Made by a program: the position numbers and the translations under genes
Shown here: piece after piece, positions 55,369 to 64,000 of the stretch
Numbering within the stretch: the first letter of the stretch is position 1
Layout: each line of letters starts with the position of its first letter
Assembly (NCBI RefSeq): GCF_964204645.1
Contig: NC_134034.1
Coordinates: forward strand, 6,856,914 to 6,920,913
Length of the DNA: 64,000 nt
Direction: 5' to 3'
Source: Tubulanus polymorphus
Taxonomy: Eukaryota; Animalia; Nemertea
The notes under the pieces: model-generated
What the model was told of the DNA's origin: nothing
Seen by the model: the letters and a program-made list of their open reading frames with translations, nothing else
Databases searched by the model: none

Positions 55369-56319
55369 CCAACTCTCAATACCTTATAATTTTCATCATA
55401 TGCTGGATCGTATTGAAGAAGTTTGCTTGTGTTCAGCACTGACCGGCCAGATTGTAAGGCCTTGAATTCATCTGGAAAATGTTTTTTGCTGAACATAGCT
55501 TATCCAGAGTTCTTCCAGTATTTTGTCCGACAGGATTAATGGATGGTCATCATCACAAGCCCTCGCCTCCTGGGATTTCTGGGCTAAACGTTTTACACGT
55601 CTGATGATGGCAAAGACTCTGGAACTAGTGATAAGATTCGAATCTCTCAATGCATTGGTCAAGAAATGTGTCCTGTTTCAGCATTACAGTCGTCACTTGC
55701 GTTCTCAGAGGTGTCTTGGCACTCTTCATAGCTGTCACTTAAGCCGTTTTACATAATTCTTTTTTTGGCCACTCCTCTGGAGGTAATTTGAGAAACGCTG
55801 GACCGTTCCACCAGTGTTCTGCACTAACAAGTTCTCTTGCTAAACATCCACATGAAGCCAATTCAGTTTTCCTGGCACGTGATGTACATTTTCTACTAAA
55901 CTCTGTATCTCTGATACTCTATTTCCGACAAATGTTTTCCAGCTATGACAAAGTTGACTAATCCACTCTAAAACTACCTTAGAGTCAGTTGCTGGTGGAA
56001 AACTCATTATTCTTCAATTCAGTTTTGACATATTTCAAGAGACGAGCAGTTATTACGGCAGACATCAACTCTAACTCAGGTAGAGTTCATTTTTCCTTCA
56101 GAGGGCTCACCCGTCTTTTTGAGCACAGCAAGGCTACTTTCACATCACCGACCTAATTTTCTAACCGGATGTAAACACAGTTTCCATAAGCCTTTTCACT
56201 GCTATCACCAAAACCTGTAAGCTGTAATTCACCTTGCCTTTCTTCTCTACTAGAAGATGATGATTTATTTTGAGTTCGTCCAAGTGTTTAACATCATTTT
56301 TCCAATGTAACCATTCTTT

Positions 56320-58211
56320 TTGGTTTACCTTTGTCAGCAGTATGAGGTTGGCATTGAGCCAATTCATGTAAAATCGCGGTACGTTTTATTATGTGAGCAT
56401 TTTTTTCATTGGTTCTCGGGTTAAACGATGTATAATCGATGCGATTGAAGACATGGCGAACCTCCGTCGATCACATGGTCAACTTTGTTTAAATTAGAAT
56501 AAAAACTGTTTTTGGCCGGAAAATTCTTAGCTCTTGCGTATAAAATTGCAATGACCTCGATTGGGGGGGGGGGGGCGTCGTCTCTACGAGCAAATGTGAT
56601 TGGCTGTTTTTGGGATATACGGGGAATTCTGGCGCTACTAGAATAATTATGGGAAAGCCATTACCGTAAAAACCGGCATATAAGTGTATAAGCCAAGTGG
56701 ATCTTTAGACCTACATTTCATGATTTTAACATATATCCAGCTTATAAGTCGAGTCCATTCTCTTAGAAGAATAATTACTTGTATCATTATATTGAATAGT
56801 TTGTTTTGATATCGATGTGCACCTTCACGCACGCCGCCGCGCGTCAGCCTGATTGCTGCTGTGTGTTAATGAATAGACTGTTTCATACACACTCAGGTAT
56901 AATACGCTACCATACAGTGATATAGTAGTGTGAGTCACACGCTATATATAGCCTAATGTATTAAGCGCTGCTATGAGCGCGCATATAGCTGTGTCAAAAT
57001 GAAAGAAGTTTTTTCATTAAATAACTTCATTTATCATGAATAATTATTCAAACTGTTATAGCTGTGAGAAGATGAACACTGTCTTTTTTGTCTGGTAGAA
57101 TCAATCTATCTTGTGACCTGAAAATACTTAGTAGAAAACTGTACTCGGCATATAAGTCGAGGTCAATAATCTAGTGGTAAAATCAAGGATTAAAAACTCG
57201 ACTTATACGCCGCTTTTTACGGTAATGGCCAACGTTTCATTGGACTAGGTGCCGTATATGTGCAAATTTTAAATGCTCATTGCTGGTGAGAATATAATTA
57301 TTTCACATATCGCCATATGTATTGTTTCATTTTAATACCCGGTGATTGTGTTGATTGAGATTGGAGTGAAGCGAACGTTCACTACACAAGGCCTCCACGT
57401 GTGCGGGAGCGCTAACATTAGACAAACACACGCTATACAGACTACTATATGGTGATGCTGTAACGCTGCTTGGCGTGTGCACGTTTGGTATGATAACAGG
57501 CTGAATAATCGTCGTAGCAGATGAGTGCAGTGTTTTTTGTTTGATAGAATTTGTAATAAATTGTAATTTCTTGTGACCTGAAAATACTAAGCTGCAAACT
57601 ATATGTATAGGTCGAGGTCTGAATATTGTAGTGGTAAATTCCAGCATTTAGAACTATCTAATACTACGCCCTGGTTTTAGCTTCCGCGACCATACATCGG
57701 TAGAGGTTTTGTTTCCAAGACTCAGTTTTCAGCCACCCTCTGATATGTGACATCATATGAATTTTATTTGAACATTTTTTCATATTGTGAAAAATATTTT
57801 TTTGAAAATATAAAATAGTTTCCAATGCGGCCCCTACCTGTACCCTACGAAATTTTGGACGTAGACCATAAACAAATGTTTATATTTGGTCTTATTTGAC
57901 TCCAGCGGATACAACTTCGTAATCGGTTGAGGTGTATGTCCGGTGGATAGACGAATCTCAGCAGCACGAACGTGACCATCATTACCGTACGCAAGTTTCG
58001 TGACGACTGCAAGCTTCCAGTTGACACGCTTGATGTTGTCCTTTTGCACGAGGACGACGTCCCGACCTTTATAACGTTGACGAGTTTTCCAGATGGCCTG
58101 AACGTTCTTTCACTTGAAGTCACAAATTAAAAAGATTTTTCAAGCAATGCCCTTACTCCAAACAACCTCTAGCTTTCAAAGTAAACCACACTTTGCCCAT
58201 GGGCAATTTAT
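56320..58211 (+). mobile_element. HINE family B, copy 2, inside BEL pol
   Basis: SubTIR TGGTTTACCTTTG / CAAAGTAAACCA and 3' palindrome. Removal restores WDDPLPDDFEKEWLHWK. Confidence 0.85.
56664..57222. mobile_element. pogo/Tc1-type MITE inside HINE-B copy 2
   Basis: TIR CCGTAAAAA(C/G)CGGC(A/G)TATAAGT; TA flanks; absent at ~48797 in copy 1. Confidence 0.9.
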
Positions 58212-59604
58212 TCAAAGTCGTCAGGAAGAGGATCATCCCACCCCGATACGACCGTCCTCGTCTCTGAAATATCGATTTTCCGACAACCAAGAACGCCGAG
58301 AGTACCCCCCATTGGGTCGTATACTCTATTCAGCTGTTTCAAAACACTGCGTATCGTTTCATTTGTTAGATCCTCCATTTTATCGATAAACGAGAACCAT
58401 AAAACATCTTCGTTGGGATCGTACCTTGTACCCAGTGTTTTGCTGTAGATCTCTGCATCTTAGACCATTTTCTCTTTTCCACCGGCTAGGTCTTCAGTTT
58501 CCAGTTTACTCAGTACTTCTGGTTTATTAGACATAAATTTCTTCAGTTGAAATCCACCACTTGCAAGTAGGTTTTTCAAATCTACTGCCAAGTCAGTGGT
58601 TTCAGGAACAAATGTGTTGTTTAGAATCTCCGCAGAAGCGACCGGATATTGATCTTTCATCGATCCTGCATGATCTCGAACCACCTTTATACTGGTGAAA
58701 GGGCTCTGCGTCAATCCAAATGTTACTGTCGTCAGCCTGTACACATCAGGACTCTTCGATAAATCCATATCTCCAAAGAAATCGCTGGGAATCTTGATAT
58801 ATTGGCTTCATTTTTATCTGGTGGAACATTTTTTCGATATCTGCGACAATAGTAACCGGTTTGCTTCTGAATCGCATCATAACTCCACGGATATCTTGCT
58901 GTAGTTTCGGACCAGGTAACAATGTGTCGTTAAGTGATATTCCTTCTGGTCCTTTCGCCGAACCATCAAACACTGGTCGAACCTTCGTGGTTGACTTATC
59001 AAGTCTCACTACCGGGTGATGAGACAGGTACCAAACTGTTCTGTCCTCTGGCTCTGTTGACTCATCAACCGTTACTGCATGGCCACGCGCTTTTTAAGTC
59101 ATCGATCTGTTCCTGGTACATGGCTTGCAACTCATGGCTCTTTCATCAATCGGCGTTCAGTTGATATCAGGCTTTTTCAGCAAAAGATCTGTTCGACACC
59201 AACTTTACGTCCTTGTACTCTGGCGGACAGATCAATCCAGCTTCATATCGACCATCCGTATGTATAGTGCTATATGAATACTGACTTTGGGCTTCGACAA
59301 TCAATGGATCTTGAGTCTTTTCTTCATCGGGTTTGATACCCAAACCTTCTAACTCCCAAAATTGTGTGAATGATTCTTTGTTGAGTGGACATACAGACAC
59401 ATTATTACTAATCTTTAAAACATCCGATGGATAATCTCGCCTTGGAAATGTGCCAGCTAATAGCCACCCAATGTGACCCTTCTGGGCGACTAAGGTGCCA
59501 TTCATCAATGTTTTTTGCTCATCGGTTAGTATCTTCAGTGTTTCTTCAACACCAAGCAAAATGTCGACTTCAGCTTCACCTTCCCGAGGATAAATATCTA
59601 CCAT
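58212..59604 (-). pseudogene. BEL protease-linker/RT region, frameshifted
   Basis: VDILLG, FWELEGLGI, KVRPVFDGSAK, SLNDTLLPGPKLQ, ADIEKMFHQI, TFGLTQSPF, GGFQLKKF. Confidence 0.92.
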
Positions 59605-59704
59605 TGCTTAACCATAGAGTTCCTTACAACAAGAAACATCAATATTGCAACTAGGCAAGTTTGTACTTGGTTTTGTCATGGTGTACACTTCGACTTCAAA
59701 TGTT

Positions 59705-61123
59705 TCACCAATCCAGCCAGTTATAGCACTGCATAAACAACTTCACACGTTCACACATAACAGTTAACGATGAGCCACCAGCCAGTTGAAATTCATTTTC
59801 TACACTAGGGCCCTTCAGTTGAAGTTGTTTGGCTAATTTCTTACTAATGAAATTAACACCAGCACCGGTGTCAAACAGTATTCTTCCTGATGCCACGGCA
59901 TGTTTACTCTCAACCTTGCACAAACCGCTCTGCAGAAGAACTTGCTTGGGATCCTTGTTGACCTTCACGAACTGAGCTGGTTTTTCAATTGGACCTTCTC
60001 CAGGTGGCTTGTCTTTGGCAGTGTATTCTCTTTCTCGTTTTTCTCTATGCAACAGTACATGGTGACTTCCAGTGCACTTCTCACGCATGGGAGCCTTACA
60101 CATTGACGATTTGTGCTTTTCTTTTATACATTTGAAGCAATATCTGCCATCAACCAGTTTCTGCCATCGTTCATGGACTGTCATCTTTTTCATTAGATAA
60201 CAATCATACACTACATGGTTATCCTTACCACAAAACGGACATTGTGGCTTAACTTTGGTTTTATCATTTCTCTGGTACTTCGGTTTGACATCAATATTCA
60301 AAGCTTGACCAGTCATTCTTTTTGGTTTCTCATAATAATCAAACCTTTTGTCAGATGATCCAGCACCACTAGAAAACTTGTCTCCATCTGATCGTCGAGC
60401 TACCAGTAATGCTTTGTGGAGTTTGTCTATGAGCTGACCTAAAAGAATAGGAACATGACTGCGCCGGTTATGTTTAGCGTTTTCCTTCAGTCGTTCCCCG
60501 TCCCATCGCCGCAACATAGCTTTGGGTAATTTGCTTCTAACAAGCGCCATTAACATCCAACTACTACGCACTAATTCATCTGCATCATCACATTTTTTCA
60601 GAATGTTGTTCCAACTGGATATTAATTTTGAATGTAGCTTATCAAGCTCCTTAGCATGGATGTTATTAATTGAAGGTAGGTTGGCTATCTCGAGGATTGC
60701 TAGTTCCATCCGACTCTGTAGGTCTCCGTACTTGTCATCCAACGTGTTGATGATATCGTCATAGGTTGGATCTAGTAGAGTGGCCACCACACGCTGAGCG
60801 TCTCCTTCAAGTAACGTCAACGTGTAGTGTTCCTTCTCTACGTCACTGTATCCAGGTTTTGAGAATTCTGCTTTCCATTGGTCAAACAAGTGATATTGAC
60901 CACTAAATTTGGGAATATTGATTTCCCTTTTTCGTTGCGTAAGGGTTGCGAGAATCTGGGTAACTTGATCACTTGTGATAGCCCCAGTTCCATCATCACA
61001 ATCTTTTCTTTTTCCAACTGGCACAGGAGACAGTGGTAGGGTATTCAACCTAGCGGAAAGTTCAGAATAATTTTCATATGTGCACTGCACACATTGGCAT
61101 ATTTGGTTCACCGTGTACGACAT
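59705..61123 (-). CDS. BEL gag-protease reading frame
   Basis: IPKFSG, zinc knuckles CPFCGKDNHVVYDC and CFKCIKEKHKSSMC, aspartic protease ILFDTGA. Confidence 0.9.
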   Translation of the reverse strand: MSYTVNQICQCVQCTYENYSELSARLNTLPLSPVPVGKRKDCDDGTGAITSDQVTQILATLTQRKREINIPKFSGQYHLFDQWKAEFSKPGYSDVEKEHYTLTLLEGDAQRVVATLLDPTYDDIINTLDDKYGDLQSRMELAILEIANLPSINNIHAKELDKLHSKLISSWNNILKKCDDADELVRSSWMLMALVRSKLPKAMLRRWDGERLKENAKHNRRSHVPILLGQLIDKLHKALLVARRSDGDKFSSGAGSSDKRFDYYEKPKRMTGQALNIDVKPKYQRNDKTKVKPQCPFCGKDNHVVYDCYLMKKMTVHERWQKLVDGRYCFKCIKEKHKSSMCKAPMREKCTGSHHVLLHREKREREYTAKDKPPGEGPIEKPAQFVKVNKDPKQVLLQSGLCKVESKHAVASGRILFDTGAGVNFISKKLAKQLQLKGPSVENEFQLAGGSSLTVMCERVKLFMQCYNWLDW

Positions 61124-61752
61124 AGGGTTCGGTTACTCAACAATGCGTCCATCAGTGGGGTTGTGATATATAACTAATAGTAAATTTTAATTTCAATGTG
61201 ACACAAATAAAAATATAAGCACCAAGTGTGCGGACTGGGTTAACCTTAAATCATACTACGTGTATAAACCTAAATTATTCTCACTCTGACCTAGAGAATA
61301 TTTAGTAGATAACTCACACAATCTCATTACCCAACGGGTTGAATCAGTTTAAGAATACAACAGAATTTTCAACAATTAGAAACACATACTTTTTTCATCA
61401 AAGTCAATAGCAATAAACATTAAAACTTCACTTTATGTAAACTCGTGAAATAGAGCTAAAGCAGCTCCTTAGAAATAGTCGTATCTATCGCACACAAGCA
61501 GATGACAACAACACCTTGATCACGTTAAGGAATAATGAACCTTTACATCAAGCTCTACCTTCATTTAATTCATATACTAGGAATTACAAACCTTTACTTA
61601 TAACAAGTTTGACCTACACTATAATCAGTCGCACTGCAATCAAACCATTACTTTTCTAAAACTTACAACACACTAAATTACAAGTTACAAAATTCACAAG
61701 ATTATTACATTGAAAAATCAGACAATGACAAAGGTTACCGCAAAATTCAAGA

Positions 61753-61770
61753 ATCCGGTTCGAGGGACCA
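61753..61770 (-). promoter_or_regulatory. BEL primer binding site, tRNA-Tyr type
   Basis: TGGTCCCTCGAACCGGAT directly after the 5' LTR. Confidence 0.8.
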
Positions 61771-62275
61771 TAAAACGACGGGGTTTTAAATTCGGGACAA
61801 TTCACCATAGATCAGATCCTCAGCACTTGAATGCCCAACAAAACTAACAAAATAGTGATTTTAACTAAAGCTTCTCAATTTTAATAGCGACAATTCTTGA
61901 ATAATGTGGCGACACAATGTGGAGACAACAAACATTAAATCATAATATAAAAAACAATTCATGCAAAATGATATAATTCGATAGCGAACGATACAATTCG
62001 GTTCGAATGCGCGTTCACGACCTCTCCTCCGCACGTACGATATTCACTCTGTGAAGTCACAATACGCTGGCGGACACGGACGTCCAACCAATATAGAATA
62101 CATTTAGGAATCCACTCTAGTGGAATCAGCACAATCTACACTAATGAAGAATTTGGATCAATCCACAGATCATTCAGTCTCCGACTGGTAGTACAGCACA
62201 TTTTTTATAGTAGGGAGCAATTATCAATAAAAATTCTACAACCTTACAGAGCCTTAATAAAACACAGGCTCATCA
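61771..62275 (-). repeat. BEL 5' LTR
   Basis: Homologous to 52853-53538 and abuts the PBS. Confidence 0.9.
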
Positions 62276-62559
62276 AGCTACCATCTTGTCATACGTGGCA
62301 AAAATCCAACCTAAATTTTCCTACGGTATCTCTATAATTACAGACTCACTTCCCTGTGGAAGATTTTAGAATAAATTCAAAACAAAACGAACTAATTCAT
62401 TATTTCTACTTATATGGCAGTACGTGCCAGAACATAGGTTCTAGAGGAGCGCATTTGAACTTATTGTTTATTTAAAAGAAAAAGATAACCAGCTATCCGT
62501 CACCACTTTCAGAACTGCTTGCCTGGCAATCGCGTGATACTGATGGTGGCAACCAGCTT

Positions 62560-63843
62560 GCCAATGACATGGGCTGTTTCGGAAGCTTTTTCAATGGTGC
62601 AAATGGAAGTACCACTAAATAAACATTTCAAGAACTGATGCAGCCATAAGAACAGTTGGAATATACTCTTTCATATTACCTCTGTTATGGTATACTTCCG
62701 AAATCTTTCCAATTCCAGATAAATATATAAAAATCTTTGAACCAAAAATTATCAATTTTCTATGGGACAATGGAAAACGCCTTGTCGGTACATAATACAC
62801 AAAATAATCCAACACGGAGGCCTCGACATACGCAGCACCAAATACAGACAACAAACACAGGCAATTAAGACGATCATTAACCATGCTCTAAAACCTACAC
62901 ACTGGAAACCACTAATGAACTGCAATCTGCATAAATACCTCAGCCCAGGCTGGAATACTTCAAACATCATTCACAATGAAATACCAAAAAACTCATTACA
63001 AACGACTACTACAGACATGTATTAAAATTATGGTCAGTTTTCCAACAACATCTAGTTCCAACTGAAACCATTACCGAAATTCTGCAAAAACCTATTTTTG
63101 CCAACCCAAAAATTAGGCTCAAAAAGAAAAGCGATGTCACAGAATACATACATCACGGTATAATCAATCTACGACATCTATTCGATAATCGTGGCAACTT
63201 CAAAGCACTTAACGAAACTCCATTATCAAATAGATTTAAACACACATCTATATACAATGCGATACCGCAACATTGGAAACTAATTCGATCTGACTGAATT
63301 TTAGACCCTGATGAATTACCAAAAATCTATGTACAATTTGGTAATATAGATTGTACTATAGGAAAACTTTTATCATCTCAAATTTATAGAATTCTATTAT
63401 TAAAAAATCTCCATCAAATCACACCGATTGGGCAAACTAAAATTACTGAAATGTTAGATTCTGATCTGAACTGGCTGGAAATTTGGAATGAAGTTTATAA
63501 TAAACATATAGATAGTTGATTTAGTGATATTCATTTGAAATTACTACATAATACTCTTGCAACAGCTTCAAAATTAGTACTTTGGAAAATAAAAACTGAT
63601 CCAAATTGTAAAATTTGTGGACGCGCGGCAACGAATGACCATGTAGTATGCTCATGCACAGAAGCACAGCAATTAGAAAATAAAACAAAAAAAAGAAAGA
63701 AAAAAAAAGAACAGTTGGAATCGCTTCTTTTCCGTTGCTGCAATACATTTTGCATTATGATAGATGCTTCAGTAATTTCGATTAACATATCGCGGGTGTC
63801 TAAAATCTTTCTTGAGGCACCCATTACAGGCTATATATTTTGA
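62560..63843 (+). mobile_element. L1/Tx1-type LINE ORF2 C-terminal remnant
   Basis: IINFLW, QHGGL, NAIPQHW, NWLEIW, KLLHNTLAT...CKICG...DHVVCSC (zf-RVT-like), frameshifted. Confidence 0.75.
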
Positions 63844-64000
63844 GATTAACATATAAAAACCGAATATTTTAGTGTATTATATGAGCTCATGATATATTTG
63901 GTTATGATTTGTGATTAGATACAGCATCTATGAACATACATGTCCTCCATTTTAAGGGAGTGAGAAGTATCATGGAAAACCTTATCCTAAATATAACAGC

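Larger units (their letters stand above)
52853..62275 (-). mobile_element. BEL/Pao LTR retrotransposon with both LTRs, decayed
   Basis: Direct repeats 52853-53538 and 61771-62275; PBS; gag-PR-RT-RH-IN order on the minus strand. Confidence 0.95.

Overview
Repeat-dense, AT-rich eukaryotic window, probably from a marine invertebrate (inferred from spliceosomal introns, a TTAGGG tract and the transposon repertoire). No intact host gene, rRNA, true tRNA or CRISPR array is evident. It is a nested mosaic of transposons. DNA transposons: a two-gene PIF/Harbinger element (15.1-19.3 kb) and many TIR MITEs (Harbinger-, pogo/Tc1-, Kolobok-, Sola- and hAT-like). Rolling-circle type: three families of non-autonomous Helentron-like (HINE) elements. 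LINEs: CR1, L2, a near full-length Proto2/RTEX-like copy (28.9-34.4 kb) and an L1/Tx1 fragment. LTR elements: a Gypsy remnant and a two-LTR BEL/Pao element (52.9-62.3 kb). Exon-like islands of one or two unidentified, partly decayed + strand genes lie between the insertions. Most notable: a repair-like scar made of telomeric repeats plus a 24-bp locally templated copy; a HINE that rewrote the C-terminus of the Harbinger Myb/SANT gene; a HINE copy carrying a foreign BEL integrase fragment; an AUG-less in-frame ORF1-TAG-ORF2 junction in the LINE; a nest of palindromic elements at 7.6-10.3 kb; tRNA-like boxes inside several TIR elements; and an excess of TA-palindrome-TA footprints. I cannot demonstrate a new biological system. 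Family names come from motif recognition by eye, not database searches.
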